Of a DNA stretch of 29,004 nt, positions 16,407 through 25,224 are shown piece by piece. The number at the start of each line of letters is the position of its first letter. Positions within the stretch are counted from its first letter, which is position 1. Origin of the DNA: a virus. Taxonomy: Duplodnaviria > Caudoviricetes. Where the stretch lies: positions 1-29,004 of the IMG/VR virus record IMGVR_UViG_3300033067_001889; one strand, written 5' to 3'. Under the pieces are notes generated by a model. The model saw only the letters and a program-made list of their open reading frames with translations. It was not told where the DNA came from and ran no database searches. Both the position numbers and the translations under genes were made by a program.

Positions 16407-17555
16407 ATGGCAAGAAATAATGATGTTTTTAACGTACTGGTAACAAATGAAGATGAAGTATTGTTAGCTGCTGGAAATGAAGTAACTGACCTTGGAGTAG
16501 GACAGTTTGGCTTTTTCAATGCTGATACTAATCTTAGTTTTGATACTTCTACTACAAAACCAAAGAATTTTTATATTGCTCTTGGTCTGGATAAGAATGG
16601 AGATACTGTGCTTGATGATATAAACAAATCAGCAGGACAGCATATTCAATTCAAAAATGTTCAAAAAGTTAGATACTCACCTTACAGTGCAGGTACTAAT
16701 ATGAAAGTAAAGATAGCAGGTTACACTGCAAAATGTGATTCAGACTATGGAATAAGAATAGAACTACAGAATGAAGAGATTCTTCAGATGATAGGTAATG
16801 TTCAATTTAGCAAACCTTTTATAGTAAGAACTTCATGTTGCGAAGATACATGTGAGTGTCCTACAGGAGACGCTAATGAAATTACTAAACTATTGGTACA
16901 GGCTATGGCAGATGAAGAACTGTTTACAGCAGTAGCTAAAGCAACTCAGGCATTAAATGATACTGTACACGGTACTTCAAAAGATTATGCAAAAGATGAG
17001 ACTATTGATGTACTGGCAGATTTGGATGCAATGACAGCCTGGAATTTAGATCCAGACAACGCTGCAACTAAGGTATGGAGTTATATTGAATTGGAAAGCA
17101 CTCCTCAACTGATAAAAGCTTTCTATGGAATTAATACAGATTATCAGAAACTAAGAGGAACAAAACTTATTGTATCTCTTGTTGAAGGTATGGAATGTAG
17201 TGGAACAGTAACAGTAACTCAGGAGTTGACTTTTGAGCAAGGACTTGGTTATAATATCAATCCTTTGGAATATCAAGCTTTTGGATGGACTGGTGAGACT
17301 GGACCATATAGAACAAATGGACTTAATGGTTTAGCAAAACCAATGAATTATGTAGCTATACCTACAGAACACTATGATATATTCACTCTTGAATATGAGT
17401 TTGAGGCACAAGCAGGATGGGGGGAATACAAGAATGACTTATGTACATATCTTGTAGTTAAGAACGGAGACGCTGTTGTTTCAGCACTTGGTGATGCTTT
17501 TGTAGCTATGTTTGATTCTATTGATGGTGAAGAACTTTTACCAGCAGGAAATTAA
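16407..17555 (+). CDS. auxiliary capsid/structural protein (gene 73-like)
   Basis: 382 aa beta-rich acidic protein after ring gene; G.G.....LEY and YD...LEY near C-terminus. Confidence 0.65.
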   Translation: MARNNDVFNVLVTNEDEVLLAAGNEVTDLGVGQFGFFNADTNLSFDTSTTKPKNFYIALGLDKNGDTVLDDINKSAGQHIQFKNVQKVRYSPYSAGTNMKVKIAGYTAKCDSDYGIRIELQNEEILQMIGNVQFSKPFIVRTSCCEDTCECPTGDANEITKLLVQAMADEELFTAVAKATQALNDTVHGTSKDYAKDETIDVLADLDAMTAWNLDPDNAATKVWSYIELESTPQLIKAFYGINTDYQKLRGTKLIVSLVEGMECSGTVTVTQELTFEQGLGYNINPLEYQAFGWTGETGPYRTNGLNGLAKPMNYVAIPTEHYDIFTLEYEFEAQAGWGEYKNDLCTYLVVKNGDAVVSALGDAFVAMFDSIDGEELLPAGN

Positions 17556-17567
17556 AATAAATAAAGA

Positions 17568-17924
17568 ATGGCAACAATATCTTTAGCAGGTTTAAAAAAG
17601 AAGTTAAGTGCTGCCCCTTTTAAGGGGTATGCACTTTTTGGGTCTACATTTAATGTTTCGTTGGACTATGTCTTTGATGTTACTCCAACAGATGAGTTTA
17701 GGAATATAGGTAGTATAGAATTAAAGTATCAGTCAGGAAAACTAATTATAACTTCAATGAAGTTTGTTTTTGTTTACCCTACTGATTTTATAATTGAAGA
17801 TGATATGATAGGTATTAATCCAGCTCTTGCTGTTATTGAAGCTGCTTTAGGAACTTCATTAATAGATATAGGTGTAAAACCTGTAGTTGGATTTATTATA
17901 GAAGATGATTTGATAGGAATATAA
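17568..17924 (+). CDS. hypothetical virion protein, paralog A
   Basis: PFKGY...VSLDYVFDVT...EFRNIGSIELKY shared with next gene. Confidence 0.75.
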   Translation: MATISLAGLKKKLSAAPFKGYALFGSTFNVSLDYVFDVTPTDEFRNIGSIELKYQSGKLIITSMKFVFVYPTDFIIEDDMIGINPALAVIEAALGTSLIDIGVKPVVGFIIEDDLIGI

Positions 17925-17935
17925 AATATAAAGAA

Positions 17936-18364
17936 ATGGTAATGATATCAACTACAATTAATGATTTTGAAAGTGTATTGTCACAATACCCTTTTGAAGG
18001 TTACATAAGAATAGGTGGTTTATGGAAAGTTTCTCTTGACTATATGTTTGAGGTTACTCTTGATGAATCTCCCGTAGAATTTAGAAATGTTGGAACAATA
18101 GATCTTAAATTTATCTCTGGAGAGGCTATTTTAGTAGATGCTAAATATCTGATTATTGCAGCTACAGGTTTCATAGATGGAATGGGAGAAGGAGATGACA
18201 GTGATATTTTAGATGCTGCTGAAACAGCTATAGCAACTGCTCTTTCTGATTTTACTCTATTAAAACCAGATACAAAAGATTCAAGAATGAGTATTGTTGA
18301 AGAAACAGTAATAGTTCAAAGAGATGGTGGTAATCAACCTCCAGAAGAAGGTCCAGTTACTTAA
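17936..18364 (+). CDS. hypothetical virion protein, paralog B
   Basis: PFEGY...VSLDYMFEVT...EFRNVGTIDLKF. Confidence 0.75.
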   Translation: MVMISTTINDFESVLSQYPFEGYIRIGGLWKVSLDYMFEVTLDESPVEFRNVGTIDLKFISGEAILVDAKYLIIAATGFIDGMGEGDDSDILDAAETAIATALSDFTLLKPDTKDSRMSIVEETVIVQRDGGNQPPEEGPVT

Positions 18365-18374
18365 ATAAATAATT

Positions 18375-18408
18375 AGGAGAGTGTTTCAATACACTCTCCT
18401 TAACTTTA
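18375..18408 (+). terminator. 10-bp hairpin, weak terminator or stability element
   Basis: AGGAGAGTGT-TTCAAT-ACACTCTCCT then TAACTTT. Confidence 0.65.
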
Positions 18409-18418
18409 AAATTTTAAT

Positions 18419-18751
18419 ATGGGTTTTGAAAGTCTTGAAAGAGAAGTAGGTAATTTAAGAACTGCAGTAAACAGTATTCTTAGAAAGATGTGTGCTGCTG
18501 AAGAATTAACACAAAGACCTGGTATTGAAGTAATTGATATTATTTCAGTTGACTCCTTAGAAACAGGTACCACTGATTCAGGATTATCGTCAGTGAGTTT
18601 TCAGAATACTGGAGATTCAGATATACTAATAAAAGGTGTATCAATACCTTCTGGAGATATAATTGAATTTTCAGCAAGTCCAGGAAAGGTTTTGGATGAA
18701 ATAAGTTATGATTCTCAATTATCTACTATACTAATTACAACTTTAGCATAA
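18419..18751 (+). CDS. hypothetical structural protein
   Basis: N-terminal coiled coil plus small beta domain (SVSFQNTG). Confidence 0.7.
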   Translation: MGFESLEREVGNLRTAVNSILRKMCAAEELTQRPGIEVIDIISVDSLETGTTDSGLSSVSFQNTGDSDILIKGVSIPSGDIIEFSASPGKVLDEISYDSQLSTILITTLA

Positions 18752-19305
18752 TGGGTGGTACAAGAATAAATAGAACATTTTCAAATAATATTTTTGGTGC
18801 TTTATTTGCAGCACAGGATCCATCTACAGTTAATAGATTTGTAACTGTAAATGATTTACTTTCTGTAGGTATAGGTACTAATATTTTCTTTGCTACTAAT
18901 TATTCTGCATTACCTGATCCAGCTACTCATGTTGGGTATTTTTATTGGGTAGATGAACCACAAGGAACAAAATGGTTACCAGGAAAATTAGGTGGTACTT
19001 ATTATGGTCCAGGCTTATATTATTGTAATGGTATAACATGGAAAACAGCAGATGCTCCTTTTCAAGCTACTCAGGCAGAAGTTGATGCAGGATTAGTTGA
19101 TAATAAATTTGTAACTCCATTAACCCTTAAAAATTCTGCTCAAGTAGCAAATAAAATCACATGGGGAACAGGAGAAAAGTCAAGTGCTATTGATGCAGGA
19201 AATGTTGGAGAGATTACAATAGAAAACGATTACTTATATGTATGTGTACAAACAGGTATAGCAGGATCAGCAATATGGAAAAAAAGTGTATTATTTGCAA
19301 CATAA
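18751..19305 (+). CDS. fibre/decoration protein
   Basis: ATQAEVDAG..DNKFVTPLTL fibre repeat; C-terminal G.VGEI....DYLYVC....WKK module. Confidence 0.7.
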   Translation: MGGTRINRTFSNNIFGALFAAQDPSTVNRFVTVNDLLSVGIGTNIFFATNYSALPDPATHVGYFYWVDEPQGTKWLPGKLGGTYYGPGLYYCNGITWKTADAPFQATQAEVDAGLVDNKFVTPLTLKNSAQVANKITWGTGEKSSAIDAGNVGEITIENDYLYVCVQTGIAGSAIWKKSVLFAT

Positions 19306-19317
19306 AAAATAAATAAA

Positions 19318-19629
19318 ATGAGTAGAAAGAAAAAAGAACTTTTGAAACAGCTTGAAGAAGCTGATAACAAGCTTAAAGAAGCTGATGAAAAACTTAAACA
19401 AGAAGAAATAAGAAAACAGGAAATTGAGAGATTAACTGAAGAAGCAGAGAAAGAAGAATTTGAATTAGTTGAATCAACAAGGAAGAAAATAGAACAAATA
19501 GCAGAAGAAAATGGATTCTTTTGTGGAATATATCTACAAAAAGAGAATGTCTTAGCTATAGTACAACTTGCTTTAGAAACAAATGAAGATATTCAAATTC
19601 CTTTCAATTTATATTTTAAAGAAAATTAA
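19318..19629 (+). CDS. charged coiled-coil protein, possible fibre assembly chaperone
   Basis: E/K-rich heptads between two fibre genes; function inferred. Confidence 0.6.
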   Translation: MSRKKKELLKQLEEADNKLKEADEKLKQEEIRKQEIERLTEEAEKEEFELVESTRKKIEQIAEENGFFCGIYLQKENVLAIVQLALETNEDIQIPFNLYFKEN

Positions 19630-19641
19630 ATTTAAAAAACA

Positions 19642-20886
19642 ATGGCACAGTATGACATTCACTTAATTCAAAACACTTCTGGATCTGGAATTGAATTTTC
19701 AGAAAAACAAGTAAACATTGCAAAAGGTGGTTTGCTTTCAGCAGCCACAGGGGGTGTTCCTACAGTATTAGCTGGAGGAACTGATGGTTATCATCTTGTA
19801 AGAGATGATAATGAAGTTACAGGTTTAAAATGGGTAGCTGTATCAGCAACTCATACACAAAATACAGATACAGGAACTACAAATAATACTTTTACAGTAG
19901 ATTCTGACGGAACAACAGGTAAGATTATTTTGGATGCTGACAATGTAGGAGCTAACTATACTACTACTATTCAGAACCAGGCACAGGCAGCAAGTATAGT
20001 TTTAACACTTCCTGGTGTTACAGGTACTCTGGCAACAGAAGCTTTTGCTACAGGTCTTTTCAGTAGCACTGATGCAATGATATTTAAAGGTACAGTAGGT
20101 TCAGGAGGAACACATGAGATTGCAGCATTTAACTCACTTGCTACTTATGATGCAGGTTGGACATACAAAGTAATAACTGCTGGTACAATTAAAGGAAAAG
20201 TTTGTGAGATAGGGGATATGGTTATTGCTACTGTTGACAGAGCAGGATCAGGAAACGTAGATGCAGACTGGGTAGCAGTACAAACTAATGTTGATGGTGG
20301 AGTAACAGGTCCAGCTTCAGCAGTTACTACAAACATTGCTACATTTAATGGAACTTCAGGTAAAATTATACAAGATGGTGGAGTTGCTATTTCAGCACTT
20401 GCTACAAGCACACATGCTCATGGAAACGTAACTAATGCAGGATATATTGGATCAACAGCTAATTTACCTATAATTACAGGAACAGGTGGTATTTTACAGG
20501 CAGGTGCCTTTGGAACTGGAGCTACACAATTCTGTGTAGGTAATGATAGTAGGCTATCTGATGCAAGAACACCTACCTCACACACACATGGTAACATAAC
20601 AAATGCAGGAGCAATAGGAAGTACAGCAAATTTACCTATTATAACTACAACTTCTGGTGTATTAACAGCAGGAGCTTTTGGAACAGGATCAACAGATTTT
20701 ACAGTAGGTAATGATGCAAGGTTAAGTGATGCAAGAAATGTTTTATGGGTAACAGCACCATCAACTAAGACAAGTGTTGGAACAATAGGACAGTTTGCAA
20801 AAGATGACAATTATATTTATATTTGTACAGCAACTAATGTTTGGAAAAGAAGTCCAATTGCTACAAACTGGACAAATCCAGTATAA
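19642..20886 (+). CDS. head/tail fibre protein
   Basis: Gly/Thr/Ala-rich; GWTYKV.TAGT..G..CEIGD domain; HxH repeats; C-terminal GQFAKDDNYIYICTATNVWKR. Confidence 0.8.
   Translation: MAQYDIHLIQNTSGSGIEFSEKQVNIAKGGLLSAATGGVPTVLAGGTDGYHLVRDDNEVTGLKWVAVSATHTQNTDTGTTNNTFTVDSDGTTGKIILDADNVGANYTTTIQNQAQAASIVLTLPGVTGTLATEAFATGLFSSTDAMIFKGTVGSGGTHEIAAFNSLATYDAGWTYKVITAGTIKGKVCEIGDMVIATVDRAGSGNVDADWVAVQTNVDGGVTGPASAVTTNIATFNGTSGKIIQDGGVAISALATSTHAHGNVTNAGYIGSTANLPIITGTGGILQAGAFGTGATQFCVGNDSRLSDARTPTSHTHGNITNAGAIGSTANLPIITTTSGVLTAGAFGTGSTDFTVGNDARLSDARNVLWVTAPSTKTSVGTIGQFAKDDNYIYICTATNVWKRSPIATNWTNPV
20413..20736 (+). repeat. 168-nt (56 aa) tandem duplication within fibre
   Basis: HAHGNVTNAG...GNDSRLSDAR starts 20413; HTHGNITNAG...GNDARLSDAR starts 20581. 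Confidence 0.9.
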
Positions 20887-20903
20887 TTGATAAAAATTGA
20901 TAT

Positions 20904-21464
20904 ATGGCTACTGGCGATATAAAAGTAATTAGAGAAGAATCAGGTAGTTGGTCTGAAGTAAATGCAGCTGACTACCTGCTATCTTTTGGAACTGCTACAA
21001 AAGGAGATATAGTACTTGGAGAGAATACTTCTATTGCTTATGATCCAGCAGGTTCAGCAGATGGTAAATACTCAGGTGAAACTATTACAGGAACTGCAGG
21101 TGCTGTAATAGCATTTGGAGAACTTATTCAATTATCAAATGCAGATGGAAGATGGGAAAAATGTAGACCTGATGTGGCAGCAGGAGCAGTAGGAGATTGT
21201 AGAGGATTAGTAGGTATATGTGCAGTAAAAGCAGATGCTGATGGTGATCCTATAAAAGTTTTACTTAAAGGTACTATAAGAGCAGACTCTTTATTTCCAT
21301 CATTAACTGTTGGAAAACAGGTATTTTCAGGAACAGCAGCAGCAGGAGCAGTAACCTCAACAGCACCTACAACATCAGGTTATGTACAAAGAGTTGTTGG
21401 ATTTGCTTTAACAGCAGATGAAATATTTTTTAATCCATCACCTAACTATACAACAGTAACTTAA
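20904..21464 (+). CDS. capsid cement/decoration-like protein (DUF2190-like beta-tulip)
   Basis: AGAVIAFGELI, GLVGIC, V.L.G.I, LTVG.QVF....AG.VT.TAP..SG....VG.A pattern. Confidence 0.65.
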   Translation: MATGDIKVIREESGSWSEVNAADYLLSFGTATKGDIVLGENTSIAYDPAGSADGKYSGETITGTAGAVIAFGELIQLSNADGRWEKCRPDVAAGAVGDCRGLVGICAVKADADGDPIKVLLKGTIRADSLFPSLTVGKQVFSGTAAAGAVTSTAPTTSGYVQRVVGFALTADEIFFNPSPNYTTVT

Positions 21465-21474
21465 AAAGGAAATT

Positions 21475-22044
21475 ATGGCAATAGATGGTTTATATAAAAA
21501 TTATATTGATTGGGATATTCTTGGTTATACTAATACTCCAATTGTAATTGAAAATTATAAAGGATTGAAGATTTGTATAGAAAAAAATAAAGATCAACTT
21601 GATTTAGTTTTATATCTTGATAGTATAAATATCATGACAACGTCTAAATTTGAACATGATTTAGCTCTTCGTGTGGTTAATGAATGTCCAGAAAATAGTA
21701 GAGTACTTGTAAGTGGATTAGGATTTGGTTTAGTATTACTTTATTTAGCTGAATCTTGTAAATCAAAAGAAGTTATAATTGTTGAAAAAGACAAAAGAGT
21801 TTTAGAAATACTTGCTCCTCGAATTGAAAAATATTTAAAAGGTCATGATCCAAAATTTAATTTTAAAATTATTGAAGGTGATATTTATGATGAAATTTTA
21901 AATAATGGAATATTTGATTGGATATTTATTGATATTTCAGATGGTACTCCTGATGAATTTCATAATTTGTCTAAAATAGTATTATCAGAGCATGGAGTTT
22001 TTTCATCATTTAGAACTAAAAATCAATTAACTAATGGCCAGTAG
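21475..22044 (+). CDS. class I SAM-dependent methyltransferase-fold protein (spermidine synthase-like)
   Basis: RVLVSGLGFG (motif I), IIVEKD (motif II), IIEGDI, FDWIFID (motif IV). Confidence 0.8.
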   Translation: MAIDGLYKNYIDWDILGYTNTPIVIENYKGLKICIEKNKDQLDLVLYLDSINIMTTSKFEHDLALRVVNECPENSRVLVSGLGFGLVLLYLAESCKSKEVIIVEKDKRVLEILAPRIEKYLKGHDPKFNFKIIEGDIYDEILNNGIFDWIFIDISDGTPDEFHNLSKIVLSEHGVFSSFRTKNQLTNGQ

Positions 22045-22654
22045 TTTAAAATCACCAGGAACAGCAGCTAATGATTCCTCAGTAGGAGCAATACAATGGA
22101 ATAGTGTAAATAATGTAAAAATAGAAGATATTAATAATGCTGATGTATATATTAATCCTAATGTAATTACAAATTATTTAAAAGCAACTAATTTTGGATT
22201 TTCTATACCTGATGGTGCAACTATTAATGGTATATATGTAGAAATAAAAAAACGGGCAAGTTATGCTGAAGCATCTAAAAATGTAAAAGATAAATACATT
22301 AAAATAGTAAAGTCAAATGGATCAATAGGAACTACTGATAATGCTAATACTGTTTCTTTATGGCCAACCACTATGGCATATTCTGGTTATGGAGGATCAA
22401 GTGATAAATGGGGAGAAACATGGTCATCATCAGATATTAATGATTCAGACTTTGGAGTAGTTGTAAGTGCTGTGGGTACAGCATCAAGATTAGATTTCGT
22501 AATAGGATACGTTGATCATATAAGAATTACTGTGGATTATACAGAAGCTCCATCATCCCAAATAGGTACTATAGACGGATTAGCAAGAGCATCAGTAGCA
22601 ACAGTAGATGGATTGGCTTTGGCAAGTTTAAAAAGTTATAATGGATTAGAATAA
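22034..22654 (+). CDS. virion surface protein with beta-sandwich domain and 11-aa C-terminal repeats
   Basis: NFGFSIP.GATI.GI.VEI, YGG.SD.WG..W....IN...FGV, VD.I.I.V.Y; tail IGTIDGLARAS/VATVDGLALAS/LKSYNGLE. Confidence 0.7.
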   Translation: MASSLKSPGTAANDSSVGAIQWNSVNNVKIEDINNADVYINPNVITNYLKATNFGFSIPDGATINGIYVEIKKRASYAEASKNVKDKYIKIVKSNGSIGTTDNANTVSLWPTTMAYSGYGGSSDKWGETWSSSDINDSDFGVVVSAVGTASRLDFVIGYVDHIRITVDYTEAPSSQIGTIDGLARASVATVDGLALASLKSYNGLE

Positions 22655-22664
22655 AAATATAATT

Positions 22665-23306
22665 ATGATAGATATAATAGGAAAGTTATTGAAAATAGAA
22701 AAACAGGTTACTCAGTTAGTCTGTAATAAAATAAAATGTAGTCATGCATTTCTTACAAGTATATATGAATATGATCCAGATAATCCTTTAGAAGGTTGGA
22801 AAGCTCCTAAAAATCCTACTTTAGGGGATACTATTTCAGTATTATTTTATAATAATATTATAGTAAGTTATACTTATATAGTAGGAGAAGGAAATATTAA
22901 TTCTATAATGCCTAGTCCATATACACCTCCATTTTTATCATATACTGCTGAAGTCAGTAGAACACCTGCAACTCCTAATATAAGAGCAACACAAGTAGTA
23001 ATTGATAATACAACAGGGGTAACTGTAACTGTTTCTTTAGAAAAAATATATGGAGTTGATTATATTATTTTAAATGGACTTGAATTAATTCAGGATAAAA
23101 GATATGTTTTAGGTATTCAAATAGATGATTTAACAGTTTCTTTTATGGAAGAAAATACTGAATATAGAGTTAATTTAGAGTTAACAGGAGATGGACAAAA
23201 ATATGGGATTTATTTACAAAAAAGAGTATTTAATACTCAAGCATGGGTAAATGTAGATGAAAATACTCCTTTTACTACAACTTACGATGTAAGGATATAT
23301 ACATAA
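22665..23306 (+). CDS. hypothetical structural protein
   Basis: N-terminal helix with Cys; NPTLGDT motif shared with 26270..27055. Confidence 0.7.
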   Translation: MIDIIGKLLKIEKQVTQLVCNKIKCSHAFLTSIYEYDPDNPLEGWKAPKNPTLGDTISVLFYNNIIVSYTYIVGEGNINSIMPSPYTPPFLSYTAEVSRTPATPNIRATQVVIDNTTGVTVTVSLEKIYGVDYIILNGLELIQDKRYVLGIQIDDLTVSFMEENTEYRVNLELTGDGQKYGIYLQKRVFNTQAWVNVDENTPFTTTYDVRIYT

Positions 23307-23341
23307 CAGTATAATTACTAATTATAAATAAAAATTAAATT

Positions 23342-23758
23342 ATGGACATAAACAGAATTTTTTCATTTGCAGATGAAACAGCTTTAGAAGCTTATAATAC
23401 ATTAAATGGTGTTGATTTAGCTTTAGAAAATAGAATAGGATTTGCTGAATCAGAAGAATCTTATTGGATTATGAAAGGTACTGATGGTACTCTTGAGATT
23501 ACAGGACAAGATTTTAATCAATTTTCTGAAACAACTACTGGTACAGTAAATGCTCAGACTTTAAAAATAGCATCTAACTCTCATTTTAGTTTTAATAGTT
23601 ATCTTTATTTTGCAGATAATGATGCTATAGATACAGCAGGAGATTGGAGATTTTTTGCTGATATACGTGGTTTCTATTTTGAAGTTTGTACAGTTCCAGC
23701 TTTAACTAAAGGAGGAGGAACTTGGGTGAATAGACAAACTATAAATCCAAGTTTATAA
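23342..23758 (+). CDS. hypothetical structural/fibre-tip protein
   Basis: 138 aa; D..GDWRF......FE.....G.W C-terminal pattern; context. Confidence 0.65.
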   Translation: MDINRIFSFADETALEAYNTLNGVDLALENRIGFAESEESYWIMKGTDGTLEITGQDFNQFSETTTGTVNAQTLKIASNSHFSFNSYLYFADNDAIDTAGDWRFFADIRGFYFEVCTVPALTKGGGTWVNRQTINPSL

Positions 23759-23790
23759 ATACTATTTATTTATCTTAAAAACTTAGGAAA

Positions 23791-23838
23791 ATGAAAATTT
23801 ACGAAAAAAAGAAAAAAGGTGGTAAAAAAGGATGTTAA
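23791..23838 (+). CDS. 15-aa Lys/Gly-rich peptide MKIYEKKKKGGKKGC
   Basis: ATG..TAA ORF filling an intergenic gap, preceded by TTAGGAAA. Confidence 0.5.
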   Translation: MKIYEKKKKGGKKGC

Positions 23839-23860
23839 TTATTAACTTAAAAAATTTTTT

Positions 23861-24316
23861 ATGAAAACAAAAGATTATGTACTTGTAGGATTATCTGTAG
23901 TAGCATTAGTGCTATTACTTTGGAATCCTTTTGGTTTTGGAGGTGCTTTACAAGCTTTGTATAGTATATTACCTCTTAGTTATATTTTTTACAATCACTT
24001 TACTGAACTTGGTAAAGTTGGTGTGGTAAAGTCAACATTGGCTGTTGAAGATCAAAAAGCTATTGATGCTGAGAAGATTAAATCTACTATAAGAATGATT
24101 CTTCAAGTATTAGGAGTTCTGATTGCAGTATTAACAGCTTTGGGTTTAAATGTTCCTATTGTAAGTACAATTAATAAAGCATTACAAAGTTTGCTTTCTA
24201 ATTTTGATGTTACAGCAGAAGCTATTGGTGTTATTATAGGTACCATTATAACTTTAATAGGATATTTTAAAGACAAAGGAAGATTTGCTGACAGAGTTTT
24301 TGGTATAAACAAATAA
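23861..24316 (+). CDS. multi-pass membrane protein, holin candidate
   Basis: About four hydrophobic segments and a basic C-terminus (KDKGRFADR). Confidence 0.6.
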   Translation: MKTKDYVLVGLSVVALVLLLWNPFGFGGALQALYSILPLSYIFYNHFTELGKVGVVKSTLAVEDQKAIDAEKIKSTIRMILQVLGVLIAVLTALGLNVPIVSTINKALQSLLSNFDVTAEAIGVIIGTIITLIGYFKDKGRFADRVFGINK

Positions 24317-24331
24317 AAAATGATATTTTTC

Positions 24332-24362
24332 TTGTTTATTTGAAATTTTTATTATACATTTG
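24332..24362 (+). promoter_or_regulatory. Bacteroidota primary-sigma promoter
   Basis: TTG (24332-24334), 20 nt spacer, TACATTTG (24355-24362). Confidence 0.75.
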
Positions 24363-24379
24363 TGTTTTAAATAAAAGAA

Positions 24380-25012
24380 ATGGTAAATACTACAAACATA
24401 AAGATTAATGAAGCAGCAACAAGGGTTGATGTTTTAGTTGAAACTTCTGAAAATCATAAGTTCACAGGTCTTTCATTTTGGAAGTCTGAAAATTTTCAAA
24501 ATATTGATGATGTTATAGATTTAACTAGTTTGATGTCTATGACAACAAATGAGGAAGATTTCTATATTACTGCTGAGGATGTTGGTTTGACTAATTTTAC
24601 AGGTCTATTCTTTCTTGAGTTTACCACTGATGAGATAGATGATGAACCTTCTTGTCAATATCTAGATAATACTTTTTTAGCAGTTGTAGGAAATTTTACT
24701 AAATATCATTTATGTTTATTAGATAATATTGCAGCCATAGACATAGAAGATTGTGAAGTAATATATAAAGGAAGTAAAGATTGCAGTGAATGTAAAGATT
24801 ATATATTCTTAATGAATACTTTACTTGAAAGTCTTTACATAGCTTCTCTTTATGGTATGTATGATGAAGCCTGTAGAATTATAGAGAATCTTGATGAAAT
24901 ATGTGATGATTGTACTTGTTATAATAAAAGGGCAATCACATTAAACTTGTCAGGAGTCTATATGAAAACTAAAGAAGATTGTGTTGTTTGTAGTTATGTA
25001 GAAAAATATTAG
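24380..25012 (+). CDS. tail hub/fibre-docking-like protein with Cys-rich C-terminus
   Basis: N-terminal beta domain plus helical part with CSEC and CDDCTC; position before fibre genes as in crAss-like tail modules. Confidence 0.55.
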   Translation: MVNTTNIKINEAATRVDVLVETSENHKFTGLSFWKSENFQNIDDVIDLTSLMSMTTNEEDFYITAEDVGLTNFTGLFFLEFTTDEIDDEPSCQYLDNTFLAVVGNFTKYHLCLLDNIAAIDIEDCEVIYKGSKDCSECKDYIFLMNTLLESLYIASLYGMYDEACRIIENLDEICDDCTCYNKRAITLNLSGVYMKTKEDCVVCSYVEKY

Positions 25013-25014
25013 CA

Positions 25015-25212
25015 ATGGAAGAACTCATAATAGACAATGTAAATTATGAATTAGACAAAAGAATTATAAGAGGTTTAGAGAATAACAATGCTCTAAACCT
25101 TCTTATATTATTGTATAAGTACACTAATTATTGTACAGAAAAAGAATTAACAAGTGATATACCTATAATAAATAAATTGGTATATAAGCTCAAACATAAT
25201 TGTTTATGCTAA
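25015..25212 (+). CDS. small helical protein
   Basis: 65 aa, 2 nt after upstream stop; C-terminal CLC. Confidence 0.65.
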   Translation: MEELIIDNVNYELDKRIIRGLENNNALNLLILLYKYTNYCTEKELTSDIPIINKLVYKLKHNCLC

Positions 25213-25224
25213 AATTAAATTAAA

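Noticed and set aside
21475-22044. DNA methyltransferase call
   Set aside because: Lacks DPPY/NPPY or PC catalytic motifs and has no room for a target-recognition domain
28-24312. Antisense ORFs in the track (e.g. 28..282, 3005..3226, 7330..7707, 14094..14558, 20418..20810, 24103..24312)
   Set aside because: Shadows of well-supported genes on the opposite strand, with no motifs
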